From the NCBI GenBank assembly GCA_964016885.1, contig OZ024747.1:14632001-14696000 (forward strand): a DNA stretch of 64,000 nucleotides. The letters run 5' to 3'. This stretch comes from Eledone cirrhosa. Its lineage: Eukaryota. The position numbers and the translations under genes are program-made. Positions 39,736 through 55,120 of the stretch are shown one piece after another (the stretch's first letter is position 1; the number at the start of each line of letters is the position of its first letter). Under the pieces are notes generated by a model that was not told the origin of the DNA, searched no databases, and saw only the letters and a list, made by a program, of their open reading frames with translations.

Positions 39736-42700
39736 TGTGTGACAGCTCACACATATGCAGGTTTAGCTGGCCTCCTCCAAGATATATCTCACTCTATCCA
39801 TCACTACCAAACACTCCCCCTTTCTATATCTCTGAATACCTATTTATATCAGTCCTCTCCCTCTATTCCTTACCACTAAACACTACCCCCTCTCTACATC
39901 AACCATACAGCACTCTCTCCCAATAACCTCTTCAACACTCTCTCCCAATCACCTTCTATATCAATTAATACCAAACTCTCCCCCTCTCTATATCTATATA
40001 TATATATCTCTCCCATCTATGTCTACATAACATGTAATTAAATTGTAGCACATATACAAATAGATGTGTTTTGTTAGTTTGGGGAGAAAATATAATAATG
40101 AGGGGTGGGCATATCACTCGTACCCCGCAACCCCCAGTTCCTCCCCACCCCAGCTCTATTTATTTTAAAAAAAATTGAGAACTCTTCTATGGATGACCTA
40201 TAACGACAACGAGATTGTTAGCGTTGGATACATTTGGCATTATATATAGAGGTTAACTTTGCCTTTTATCCTTACATGGTAGATGAAATAAAGCACTAGT
40301 AATGCACTGAGATAATTGCTGGCCTTGTGCCAAAAGTAGAAATAATTATATATTTTTTTTTTTCCTGACATTGATTATAGACTCAATTGTTGTTAACTTG
40401 TCTAAACCTAGGTTCGAACTGGTAATGTAAATTTACTTTGTCAGAAATACACACGACAATGTACGTGGAACCGATATATGATAGACAATAGGCTTTTCTT
40501 CGGAGTTAAATTATTGTTATTCTTATGGAAACTTTTAGCTATTATTTTATCCATGTTGATTAAATAACTAAACTTCTTCACGTCTTCTTAAAAGGCAACA
40601 CAATGATGGCTAATTTCCAAATTCTTGTAATCCAAATAATATAGAAATCATGTTAATACACTTCTTATGATTGAAATTAAATTTAGAAACAAACGGTTCC
40701 ATTAATAAATTTAGTAAATTAAATTGAGCCTTATGTCGATACAAAAGAAATCAATAATTTACATATATTTATTTGAAACCTGTAATATAATATTTGTCAC
40801 AAGCTTGTTGATATTTAGACACAATGCATTTAACGAAATGAAATGTAAATTGGATTGCACACTCTACATTTTTAATATTTTCGTACAATATCAATCAAAA
40901 TAACGGAAAGTGTTCATTGGTTTATGATAAGTTACGAAAATAAAATATTTGAAAATTGGTCAAGTTGACAGAGACAGTAGACAGTATTATGGTAGATAGT
41001 TTCAGTTCTTTTAATTCTTTCATTTCCACGTTCAATTCACACCGCCATCAATATTTACATTTGAAAAAATATACAAAAGGTTTTGTTTTTTGCTCTGGCT
41101 CAGCCATGATCAAAACCATCAAACCATCATCTCGCTATATATTTCAGATATAGTGTACCGTGCTTAACAATATACAATATATAGATTATTAACGAAGTTT
41201 GAAGGTGATTTGGCTGCTATTTCTAGCAGGGTAAGTGATGGGATATGAGGTTTCTTTGTTGGCTTGATTACATACTAGTTTTTATTGGCTTACTTTTATT
41301 ACAATTAAAGTTTGTTGGGTGTAAAATTAAGAAATTGTACAATGTTGTCAAGTAACTTTTAGTATTGCAATGGATTAATATATGTCTAGTCTTGGTATAC
41401 ACTGGATTCAGCTTTAGAGCTATTTTAAGATTACACGTGTATGTAGAATACATTTTAATTTAAAATGTAGAGCCTTTAATCCATCCAACAACAGAATATT
41501 TGTCGAAAATATCGATCAAGTGTCAATCATGCATGGAAATATGATATGATCACGCCTGGAATACATTTGTTTATATGTTAGCTGAAATAGGCCATATCGA
41601 CAATAAAGAACAGAAATGACAACTATGCTTATGGAACAGAATCTTAAAATCTACCATCTCAGATAATCTTAGATATTCAGCTTTAGAACAGCTAATGTCT
41701 GGAAGGATTGTGGCTACAGCTTGATAAACGAGGTTATTCCCACAAGCTGTTTTAAACTGAAAAACACAGGAATATTTTGAAATATTGAGTGGTGGAATGG
41801 CAGAATTGGCAAACTGAGAGGATAGTTGATTTGTTGCCCATTTAAGGACTTTTTAATTTGAATTAGTGTTGTCTTTTTTGTTGCAAAAGTTACTAGGTCA
41901 GGGGATATTAATCATTTCTTTGTATCGCTCGAATACGTAATTAATTTTAAAAATGAAAGAAATGCAAATAACACATGTGTTGGGAACTATGATAGAATGA
42001 AGGACATGGGCTTACAAAACCAACCCATGTAACTGAAGAGAGTAAAACCTCGCGGTAAAATATTAACAACACATGTATTACTACAACGCTGGTTATTAAA
42101 AGCATGCATCAGAGGGGGAAATGACGAGGGCTTCTATATTGATAAATTTTCCTCATCCTCAATAGTAAAAATAACACCAACACGCGCAAAATCGCCACCA
42201 CTTTCACGGCGTTTATGGAAACAACGACCAATGACGTAAAATTGACCTCTATCCCAGAGGTAATTAACAGTTAGCTTTTAATACGAACGTATCAATCATC
42301 ACCACCATTACCAACACCGCTGCCACATTCCTGCAGGATTCGCATAGGCGGCGCACAGCGGTCTGTCAATATTAGCTGTCTAGAGACCTAACCGGTAATG
42401 TTCAACTCATAGACTTAAGAGTATAGCCTTATTGCCTTGAACATTCATTACTTAATAGCTTTCCTAAACCTAGAAAACAGCACTGGTGTGATGCTAAGAT
42501 TTAAGAAACTCTTGCGTGTTTATCTGGCCATGACCTTTAATACATAGCCTAGAAATGTTTGAGCTGTGTAACAGTTTCTAGTCTAAAATGACACGATGAA
42601 CTTTACTTTCTGCGTAATACATGTTTATACACTAAATGATTACAGAGGGTATCCATGTAGAGCTCTGTGTGTAAGCCATGGGCTGGTGTCCAAAACGTCA

Positions 42701-43744
42701 TCAGCATGTGGTAATGGTATAAATATGTATCTTTGTATTTTATTTAAAGCAAAGTGTTCTTGTTCGTACAAACAAGGAGTTTAGACTACACTAACTAAGC
42801 AAACGTGGGGTGTATAGGACTTTATCTTCATTTATAATAAATCATATAAGATTGGAAATGTTATCAGTTTATATACAATATTTAAATAAGTTCTTATGAT
42901 AAATAACTTTATTACATTGTTATCAAATAAATATATTGTGGATGGGTGAAGCACACTTTCGCACTCAGTAAATGATGCAGACAAATATTTTTAACAGGCA
43001 GTTTAGCTTAATCTACTCAATGCCAAATATTACTGATCGCAAAAATCAGTTCTTAGAATCTGCTTGACAGAATGACAGGAGATTTAACACATCATTTATG
43101 TTCTCTATTTATGTGTGAATATGTTTGTTTTCCCTTTATATTTATTGTTATTCTTTACTTCGTCTTGCTTTCTTCCTTTTATTCTACAACATCCTTTTCT
43201 TTACCTTACTCCCATCTCATCATTGCTGTTTATAATCATGTATTTATATCTCTATCCTACGTACCGTTTCCTTTTTACATCAATTTCTACACTTGTCCAT
43301 TCTTTCTCTCACTGTTTCTCTGTATATTGTTATTATTGTTGATTTCGATAAACTACTTTTCTCTCAATTATTCTCTCTCACCTCTCACTTTTTATCTCCC
43401 ACTACCATTCCACCATATTCTCTCACTCTATTCACGTTTTATATTCATTTTCCCGTTCCAATATTGACGGAAAATAGAGGCCCTCCATGTCTCCAAGGGA
43501 AAATCTGAACCACACGTTTAAGAAATAGAAAACCGATAAGATCATCTAGGGAAAGATTTAAATGCTATTGTCTATTACATTGTCTAACTTGCCGATATTG
43601 CAACTCTTAAGAATGCAGCCATTATCTAACTCCTTGTATTTCTGTGCACTTTTGTTTTGATGCAATCGCTTTCAAACAATTGTTATTTCGTCCTACTATC
43701 ATTAACATCGTGTTACTTTATATTATTTCAGTGACTACAGTCAC

Positions 43745-43779
43745 GATTATTATTATTATTATTATTAGTTTTATTATTA

Positions 43780-43810
<31 letters not shown>

Positions 43811-43815
43811 CATTA

Positions 43816-43849
<34 letters not shown>

Positions 43850-44087
43850 AATAGTATTATTATTGTTGTTGTTGTTGTTGTTGTTGTTATTATTATTATT
43901 ATTGCTGTTGTTGCTGTTGTTGTGTTGTTGCTGTTGTTGTTATTATTGTTGTTGTTATTAACATTATTATTATTATGATCATCATTAATGTTGTCTTTGT
44001 TAATGTTAGACTTCCTTTTCAAACTAGTCCACAATAATAGGAATTCATTTATTATTATTTATGAATAACAACAACAACAACAACAAC

Positions 44088-44119
<32 letters not shown>

Positions 44120-44180
44120 TAATAATAATAGTAAAAATAATAATAATAATGATAATAATAATGATAATAATAATAATATA
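43745..44180. repeat. (ATT)n/(GTT)n tract followed by an (AAC)n/(AAT)n tract
   Basis: Seen directly; the two tracts are mutually complementary. Confidence 0.95.
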
Positions 44181-47100
44181 TCACACTTGGTTTATTTATT
44201 TAACCATGAATAATAAAGAATAGTAATAACAACAAACAAGATTAAATAACTTGTAAATTTTATATATTGTATTCTAGGACAGTTTGTTTACTGCCAAAGT
44301 TTTGCTAGAGACTTTGGACAGATATTTTGAAATCTGTGCATCATTTCCCTTAACTAGAGAACTCTTTAGAGGATTTTAGCGCTTGCGTTCTCCTTTTGTT
44401 GTAGAAAAGATCTTCTCGATTCTATTACTGTTCAAAGATTTCCTCTCAAATAAATCATGCTTTGTATCATAAGCAGAGCAGATGTTGGAAATAGTTATTT
44501 GATATCGGTTTTGTGAAAAATTTCAGATTTTCCTTGTTGATTGTATTAGATTTTTTTCAGTTTTATTTTTGTTAACATTTTTTCATCTGCTGTTTATTTA
44601 TTTATTTATATATATATTTATTTATTCGTTTATTTATTTTACATCTCGTTTAAAAGGAAAAATCTCAAGTATTTTTTTCTTCACTGAATTTTCTTTCTTG
44701 ATTTTTGATATTAGATTCATTCATTAATGTTACAGTAGACTGTTTTTCGGCCACCATTTTTTGTCTGATGGTTGCTTATTATTTCATATTTTAAATCTGC
44801 TTCCTTTAACTCATAGAACCAATTTTATTCCGTTTCAAAATGGGAGAAAAAATATATATTTCATTCTTCTGAATTTCTTGAAAATAACCGGAACTGTATG
44901 AAAAGTTGAGTGAGAGACTCAAATTTTTTCTAAGTCTTTTGTAAGGAATTACTAGCAACAAATATCTTCAGTTTCCTTTCAAATACTTCCAGCAGTTGTT
45001 TTTTGTATCTCTCAAGTTTATTATTATTTTCTGTTTTTCGTTTTGCAAACTTCCTTTTTGGGTGTGTCTTTCATTGATTTTTCTGTTTAGATGTTTGGAA
45101 TTAAACAGATCGTAAATGTATATCTTTTCAAGTGAATTCTAAAAACTAAAGTCTTCTAAAAAATCTTCTTTGATATGAGAAATCACATCAAGCAAACCGT
45201 ATTTAATCCCGAAGAATAGTATTTTTTTAATAATTCAATTAAATCGACAAAACCGTATAGCATTGTTGATTTCTTTCAACACATTTTGTAGAGTATCAGC
45301 ACATATCCGACTGAAAAGTCCTCAGGAAATTACAGCTATGTTTTCTAACCAAAGGGGAAAGAATCGAATGCGTATAAGGTTATTTCAGTTCCGGTCGGTG
45401 TCAATCAAAAAGGCAAGAAAGATGTAGTTAAGATGGATTGGGTACATGGAAGTTTCAGCTACTTTTATCAAATCAATAGTTTTAGATAGGCTCGATAAGA
45501 TTTGGTCAATAAATACTCAGGTAGCAGAGTCGATAGGTAGCCAGTAGATATATTTACTATAATATACTATAGTATCACTATTGTAAGTAATCATATCTTT
45601 TCCATGTAAATTTAATATTATTTATGTTGTCCTCATTTCGTAGATTTTCTTCACGTTTTCTTTACTTATACCGATTGCGATCGTCGAAGATTATTATCAT
45701 TGCTATTTTGTAGGTGACGAGTAAAACATTAAAGAAATGTTTTGAGTATATTACTGGTTTCAATATTTTCCTCTGTTAATATTTTGAACATTTTCTAAAA
45801 TTGCCTAGGTCATATTTATTACAGATAGTGAGAGTGAAAGGATTTATCTTGTTAGTTCTGCTACTACATATGCAAACATAGACCAACACAATAGCCTCAT
45901 TATTCCTAAAGACATTATTAACTTTGCATCTATGACACCCGTAAACAACACGAGATTGGGCAGTAGAATGATAAATGTCAATCTCAATAGAGAAAGCAAC
46001 TACTATAACAACTTACGCGTTAAGGAAGCTAACACCAACATCGGCAATAACGACAACATTGTGACAACAGCAACAATAAAGAAAACATCATCTACATAAC
46101 TATAGCGATGGCTAAGGAGTATATTTACTTTTCCAACTCTGCCAGCGTTCAGATATTGTACGCACGAGGGAGAAAAATGAAGGTGCAAGGTATTATAAAA
46201 GTGATATTTTCCAACAGAAGTTGTGGTGTTTTCGGCAAAAGTAGTTTGGAAAGACAGAATGAAATGTATTCACAGAAATATTCTAAATTAATATTTTCCC
46301 CAACCTTGCAGACAGAGACACGCCATAGACTATGTAATGAGAAGGAGAACATATGGAACAGTAATGGCAATTTGTCACCAAGAGCAGAAAACACTCGTTT
46401 CGTCTACTACCTGCACTTTGCAATTATATATGACACCGCAGCACAATGTATGAATCCCTGTGAAAGTGACTGTGACCGAAAAAATAGCCCAAACGAGGCA
46501 GTGTCGAAAGGAGTAATTTAAATGTGGTCCGATAAGAGTTCGGCCCAAGCTAACAATCAAAGGGAAATAGAGCACCGATACATTGGACCACGCCAACACT
46601 CACTCTTTCACTACAAAATACCCAACACCATAATTCATAAAAAATAAAAATAAAGAAATGTACCAGAACAAGATTAGAAGCAACTAACACTAATTATTCT
46701 CCAAAATCCTCACCGTTGCTTGACAGAGCAACTGTGAGCTGCTGGAGGAGATTATTAATAGCAAAAAGGATGGTATACAAGGAACTCAGGTATAAAACAC
46801 TGCCTGACAGACGTTGTGTTCGAACATATACAAGAACAAACAGAGTAGCAAAACTACAATTGCCCACAGACACAAGGTATGTCAGTTACAACCGCAACAA
46901 AACGGGCATAGAGAAGCCCCTTTCATCAAAATAATAGACTGGATCATCCAATTCTCTCGAAGACCTAGATGAGTAAACCCAACCCTTGCGTTTCCGACAC
47001 TTAGAGCAAGTCAAATGACGTGATGTGGGGGTCGGCGTGGATGGAAACATTACTTGTGGAATGATATCCGGTCAGAAAAATAGATATTTCCAGTACGGAT

Positions 47101-48486
47101 GCATCTGTTTTCAACAAACACAAGGCGTTCACATTCACATCTAGTGGACATTCGAGAGCAGAAGTAAGGGGATTCTTCTGTTTTGGAAAGTGTGTCAATA
47201 TAGACAGTGGATCAATATAACTGGTAAAAATGTTGTAGTTGAAACCGTCTACATCAATATGTAACTGTTACTTATTTTATCGAACACAGAATAATTAAAT
47301 GTAAATGGTGCCGGGCTAATAATATAAAAATATATTACTAATTATCGTATCTATTTCACCCAGAACCCAAACGATTCAGATTAAAGACATGAATGTGCAT
47401 GTCAGTAAAAATAATGTGTGTATCATTCTCGGTATGGATACCAGCAATGTTTTGCCTTATCTTACCAGATCGCAATATATTTTCAAATGTGACAACATAA
47501 ATCATATCTCCAGACACTTGCTGATCTTCCCTTTCTAGATACCGTTTATTATTTAAAATCCCGCCGAGGTTAACTTTGCCTTTCATGCTTACGGGGTCGA
47601 TAAAATAAAGTACCAGTAATGCACTGGATAATTGCTGGCCTTGTGCCAAAAGTAGAAACAAATATTTAAAATCACATATACTTCTGCTGACCGAATCGCT
47701 AGAGCATCGGATTAAAGGCCTTAGTACATGTTCCGGCTCAAAGCACCCTGAATTCAAATCCCACGAAAGTCAACTATTCCGTTCATCTTTTTGGGATCAA
47801 TAAATAAAGTACCAGTCCAGGAGAGAGGCCTGGCAGAACTGATAAAGAATTGGGCGAGAAATATTACGCTATCAGTTCTAAGTTCAAACCACGGCTGCAG
47901 TCGCTGGTAATTTTTTGGGTTACGAGGGGCATTTAGTATGAGTAATGTAAAGTCCAATGAAACATATTTACCGTGGTCCGATCTGAAGCTCGACACCTTT
48001 CTTTTCCTATATCTCTATCTACAATTAACTATAGAAATATATTATTTGAAATTATGTATACATCAAACGTATTTATAACGACGCATACATCTATTATGTA
48101 CATATTTACTAGAAAGAGAATATGGAAAACCAAAATAAAAAGACGAAGAAAATTAAAATTGAAAATAAAAAAAAAGATAGGTGAAAACTAAAAGTGGTAT
48201 TGAAGTGTATTTCGAATGAATATTTGAAAGAATGGATTTCATTCAAATATAGTTAAACAATTCAGAATGAGAGCTTTAAAATATATAATTGTTTGTTTTT
48301 TCCTATGTACATTTATTTCATCAGTTTATTATGTAGCACTTGGCATACGATCAGGTGTTATGCGTGTGTATAGAAAAATTAATAATCGTCTTTGTTCCAA
48401 GTAAGATGAGTTCAGTTAGTTGAAATGGCAGCCAGGGGTGGAACATTAGTGTAATATTATTACCACTCTACCACTTTAATGTTATC

Positions 48487-48573
<87 letters not shown>

Positions 48574-49190
48574 CACAAACACATATATATGTATATATAT
48601 ATAATATATATATATATATATCTTTTGTGTATATGCGTGTGTGTATATATGTACAGATGCATTCAATGATCTTGCATAAGATTCTGAAAGCTCCTGCTGG
48701 GTGTATTTTTCTAATTCAGCCTGTGTGTTCTTATGTAAAACTGTTTATGAAGTTCAGATATTTTAAATGATTCTGTATTAATAGAGCTAGCATTGTAATA
48801 GCAACGACATGATCACAATTTGCTTTTGGAAATTTATCTTAACATTTCAATTCGCTGTTAATTTCAAATGTATTTCAACAAAACTATTTTAAAAAAGTGA
48901 ATAAGATTTTCTAATTGTTTATTTACAGATGATGCAAATATTTAAAAGCCGTGTTCACGCTTTTGCATGGCATTCAATGTTTTATTCACAAATACACATA
49001 TCCCATTTATATCTATGGAAATGAATTAGGCTTTTAAAGATAAAAGAATATCCAAATTTGTTCTGAATATTAGTTGTGTACTAATACCTTCAACACCTGC
49101 AGATATCTATGTACATAATAACAGCTCTCATACATGCATATATACACACACAAACAAACACACAAACACACACACAGGCACTCACGGACG

Positions 49191-49275
<85 letters not shown>

Positions 49276-50027
49276 ACAACACACACACACACACACACAG
49301 TCACACACACACACAACACACACACACACACACAGCAATCAGTCCACACATGATAACATCCACAATATACATTTGTGAAGTTTTACAATAAACGTTTATT
49401 TAGCTTAAATATAAAATCCTCGCAATTATATTTAAATAATTAATTTTGTGGCTGTAGGTGAAGAAGTGCTAAAGGTTTCAAAGGAGATGTTAAATCGAAA
49501 TTAATTAAATATTAAACCCATAGCAGAAAGGGAGCAGCTGTGTGTGTCAGAGTAGAAACACTCTATTGGGTTCCTATAACTAATATCGTACCATATCTGA
49601 TATCACGACGTATATTACAAAAACATACATAAGCTGATAGTTGTTTGCGTAATATTATGTTATTAAATTGAGTGAAAATTTATTTACGAAATGCATTAAG
49701 ATTTTTTCACAAGAAACAAATATCTTGATAAGTGTTGATTGCTCAAATGCATTTCGTCCATAACACCCCAGTGTCGAGAAAAATATTGCATAGAATATTA
49801 CAATATCTAGCTCATTTGAGATTTTCATTAAATAAAGGGGCTAGTTGCAGTTTCCAGCAGGTGACATGCCCACAAAGAGTCCCTTAACCTTATTGATCAA
49901 GATTCGGATGCCCGAAATAATAGATTTAATTAAGAATTGTAATCTTGAGAGTTTTCTTGTTGTGTACTATTTACAGTTTACAGTATATATATATATATAC
50001 ATATTTTGTATATATATGTATATTTAA

Positions 50028-50086
<59 letters not shown>

Positions 50087-50176
50087 TATTTACTTTCAAA
50101 CAGGCATAAGTGATCACATGCATACACTCATGCACACAAACACACGCAGGCTCACATATGTATATACATAAAGACA

Positions 50177-50264
<88 letters not shown>

Positions 50265-50268
<4 letters not shown>

Positions 50269-50515
50269 AGGCGCATGGCTTAGTGGTTAGAGCATTGGGC
50301 TTGCAATCGAAAGGTTGTGAGTTCAATTCTCGGACCGGGTGATGTGTTGTTTCCTTGAGCAAGACACTTTATTTCACATTGCTCCAGTTTACTCAGCTGT
50401 AGAAATGAGTACCAGCCTGCCCGCCAGCCAGTCGGATGGCGTTATCTTATGGCTAAAACAGCACGACGTGGTGTGACGTTTGGCGCCCCACAGACTGGTC
50501 GGTCAAATTGATATA
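50265..50515 (+). mobile_element. Second SINE family: tRNA head plus CORE-like domain
   Basis: TGGCTTAGTGG (A box), GAGTTCAATTC (B box), CCTTGAGCAAGACACTT..CTCAGCTGTAGAAATG. A decayed - strand relative lies near 13420-13580. Confidence 0.75.
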
Positions 50516-51016
50516 TTTATATATATATATTCTGTTATTTTAATAAATATTTGCTCTACGGTTCTTATATATTTGATATATATTTATCCTTATCGAGTCC
50601 TCTTTGGATTTTAGTCTTCAAATTTATTATTATTACTATATATATATATATATATATATACTTATATACAATCACTCATAAAAAACCTAACATGCAATGC
50701 TCTTCCGAATTAATACTGCATTATATTTCAGAAAAAAACATATACATGCATATATTTTTTACCATGTGCATTCTAAAAACGCAACCTATTTTTTTGTTAT
50801 TCTTCTAAATGGAAATGTCTTTCACTACTGTTCTACAAAAGAAAGAGATATGATTTAACAAAAGCTGAGCCAGGAAGAACTAGAGAAATTTACAAAAACG
50901 TTTCCAAGGAGGAAAAGAAAATAACCTCTTATATATATATATATATTTTTATTTTATTTTATATATATACATGTATATATATATATACATGTATATATAC
51001 ATGTATATATATATGT

Positions 51017-51103
<87 letters not shown>

Positions 51104-51648
51104 CATATATAAATATGTATATATATATATAAACATATAACATATATATATATATTATATATGTTAAATATGTGCGTGTGTGTGTGTAGATATGTAGATA
51201 AACATATGTATAAGTGTATGTGTATTTGTGTGTAGTTATACATATATCTATCTACATATATGTATATGCGAACAGGCTGAAGCTTATACGTATATGCTAA
51301 GGCACGTATAAATGTCTATATAGATATTAATGCACACAGGTATACATTGAACACAATTATATGTATATATTCAAGTCTGTGCATGCATGTGCGTATATGT
51401 ATGTTTGTTTGAACGCATATATGTATATATTGTCTAAACGTAATTGTGTTTTGTTATATATAGGTGTGTTTATTCATATGTGGATATATATGTGTGTAAG
51501 GTTCGAATAAATATTTATGAATCTGTAATACCTGTAATTTTCATAAATATCTGCGCACACGCTCACACAAAGACACACATTTACTTACATACAGAAATAT
51601 GAACATATATATATATATATATGTATATATCTGTCCGTGTGTGCGAGC

Positions 51649-51703
<55 letters not shown>

Positions 51704-51754
51704 TATACAAATATATATATATATATATACATACATATATATACACATATATAT

Positions 51755-51801
<47 letters not shown>

Positions 51802-51808
51802 TATACAA

Positions 51809-51951
<143 letters not shown>

Positions 51952-52803
51952 TATACAGTATATATACATTCATATAAGTATACAGGTTTTTCCTCAATGA
52001 TAACATCTGGCGCGAAAACACTAAGTACATATTTACATAACTAAAAATACAAATTTCTTTTAATCTTTTCTATACCTCTCTTTATGACTAACTTTAATTC
52101 TAAGCTCACTTTTTGTATGTCACCCCCTTCTCCTATTCTTTTCTTTTTTACCCCTATTATTCAAAGCCAACATTTATTTTATTTCATATCTGCAATCTAA
52201 ACGGCCAGCAAAACGTTGCAAACAATACACGAACCTTTTTCGCTCCCCTCACCCTTTACCTTCTCCACTGACTCCCCTCACCCTCTCTTCTTTTCTGAAT
52301 CGACAATAAAGAAGAAGAAAGAGAGAGAGAGAGAGAAAAAAAAACTCTAGAAAAATAGGAAAGAGGATAACAAAAAAACTAAAATAGCAACAACACCACA
52401 ACTATAACTATAATAACAACTCCATCAACAAATATAAATTCATAACAATAATAATATTAACAATAATATGACGTTTACTTTCAACCCAGTATCTTTAACG
52501 TTTCTACTCTACATGTAGATCATAAAATTGTATATAAAGCCATCATTGATTTACTATATTTATGGAAATAAAAGCTTCAGTCCCATCCACATTGTTGGAG
52601 TTGGTACAATGCATTTATTACAATAGGCTTTCTCAGACATGACAATTTATTCCGAAAGAAAATAAAGACCGCATATTAAAAAGAAAGAATTGTGGAGAGA
52701 GAGGTATACAAAGCAAGTTCATAATAGAAAACATGAGAGAAAATATAACAATAAATAAATATATGCAATAATAATAGTAATGATGAGTGTGATGATGATC
52801 ACG

Positions 52804-52860
<57 letters not shown>

Positions 52861-53195
52861 GTAATAATGATGATACTAATAATAATAGGAAAAACAGAAG
52901 AAAGTTGAAAAAAAAAAGAAAAATTAAATAAAATTAGAAAAAAATATATATATATATTACTAAAGAAAAGACCTGAAGATAAAAAAATGGGACGAAACAA
53001 TTGATTATTTAAAATACATTTAGATTAGATTAACATATACTTCAATGGAGCTCGGTATGTCTTACAATTTAGAACTGTAAATGGCAGTATTTTCATCTAA
53101 TCACCTGCCTAAAAAAACTTTTGTGTTTCTGGTGATACATATACACGCATAAGGGATATATATATATATGTGTATATAAATATATATATATATAT

Positions 53196-53313
<118 letters not shown>

Positions 53314-53321
53314 CACACACG

Positions 53322-53363
<42 letters not shown>

Positions 53364-54582
53364 CCTTTTTACGTATGTATATATGTACGTTTACTGTTTT
53401 TGATTTGTCGTGCTTTTGTCTGTGTGTTCGCATTTGTCTAAATGTTTGAATATATATTTGCCTAACTATGTAAATAATCATTTTAGATTGTGTATCGTTA
53501 CATAGACTGTTGTTGTTTGCCAATGCGCATGACTAGATTGTATGCGTATATGTACACACCCACACATATATGCATCCCAATTATGTTTTCTCGTGTTGAT
53601 CGCGACTAACAAACTTGGTCGGGCTGGCTGACTTACTCTTAATGGATTATATATGTGTACAATTACAGATTACTTCACACTCCAATTCCGATCGTCGACA
53701 CATCTGAGCACTAAATCTACTTTGGAGCATGTTAACAAACGCCTGTACCCTTATTTGCGTGGTAATGTACGTATACCTACCTGTGTTTCGGAAAATAGAC
53801 AGATTCCGAATTATGTTGTTTGAGCCTACATTATACTCAATGAACTCTTGCCAGTACTTGGACTTGTTTTGTAAAAGCAATCATCAGGAAATACCGCACT
53901 GGACATTGTTGGGTTGTTATTCAGTAGACGTATAATGTTTATATGTTGTTGACGAGATCGTTTGTACAACAGTATAAGGTGTATGTTCCGTTGAATGTTT
54001 TGTTATTTTCAGATTCCGGCGTTTACTAAAAACGAACGCACGTCTATAAGACTATAAGTGAAACTATCTACTCGCTCGAATCATTAGATATTGCAGCCAC
54101 ATCCTTCTAAAATCACACAATATTCCTCTAAAACTGGCTTCAAATATTGTACTGTATAATCGCATATAAACGTTCCTTAGAGGTCTGCTCAGTCTGGACT
54201 GAATTGAATCTAATCAACAAATGTATTTCCCATAAGGTATGAGAAAGGAGACATGCACTTAGAAATATAGATGGTCCAAGCATTCTAGATTGCATCCCCA
54301 AAGACGTAACGACTGGTTGGAATGAAGACACTCACAACACATGCTCTAAATGCTAAGACTAAAATGTACGATTTTATATCTGATTTTTTCTGCTACCTCG
54401 GGGACCTCTGACTGGTTTTGTACCACCGCCATTGAAATATTCCAGATGTATTTATCTCTTCTCTTATCAATCATAACGTGAACGCAATTTCAAGCTTTGC
54501 ACTAAACACTACACTCAGTATTTCCTTCGGAGAAAGTGTCACTTCTCTGAATTTCTCTCCATACAAATGCTTATTTGTGCAG

Positions 54583-54696
54583 GCATTGTCGTATCAAGCT
54601 GAACGTTAGTGACATCAATTTCACATGTCTCGGAGAGGCTCTGAAGGGGCACAATATCTTCCTTCAGACAAAACTAATAAAAAGAAAAATGTGCAG
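54583..54696 (+). CDS. Weak candidate 114-nt exon (phase 2-2)
   Basis: TTTGTGCAG acceptor, CAG|GTATAT donor, open frame HCRIKLNVSDINFTCLGEALKGHNIFLQTKLIKRKMC. Confidence 0.2.
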
Positions 54697-54866
54697 GTAT
54701 ATATATATATACACATGTACATATATCTGGTGGGGGTGCGTTTGTGTGTAATTGTATTAATACATGTGCTTTGAGTTCTTGTGCGACTTTATTCATATCA
54801 TATCATGTAACTATTTAGAGAGATGGTGTAATTCGATATAAAATCAGTGTAGCACCATTGCATGCA

Positions 54867-55030
54867 TACATGGACACACTGGAAGAGGAAGACCAAGGTT
54901 AACGTATGTTGATGCCCTAAGGACAGACACTGGTCTGTTGGAGACGCAGGACATGGCAGCGATAATGAGGGACAGAGACCGCTGGAGAGAACTCGTTCAT
55001 CGATCTCGGGAATTTTACCCGCCCTAGAAT
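54867..55030 (+). mobile_element. RTE-clade LINE 3' end (same family)
   Basis: Near-identical to 17907-18070. Confidence 0.88.
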
Positions 55031-55060
55031 ATATATATATATACATGCATACATAGACAC

Positions 55061-55120
<60 letters not shown>

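Noticed and set aside
46108-46934. 137-aa ORF or possible very old LINE relic
   Set aside because: No recognisable domain; only faint LINE-like words across frames, too degraded to call.
47001-47265. ~88-codon open frame on the - strand
   Set aside because: No start codon or good acceptor, and no recognisable homology.
53845-53900. Minus-strand CTGATGA...AAAACAAGTC hammerhead-like string
   Set aside because: Stem I is plausible, but GAAA is absent, stem II is poor, and there is no repeat or inverted context.
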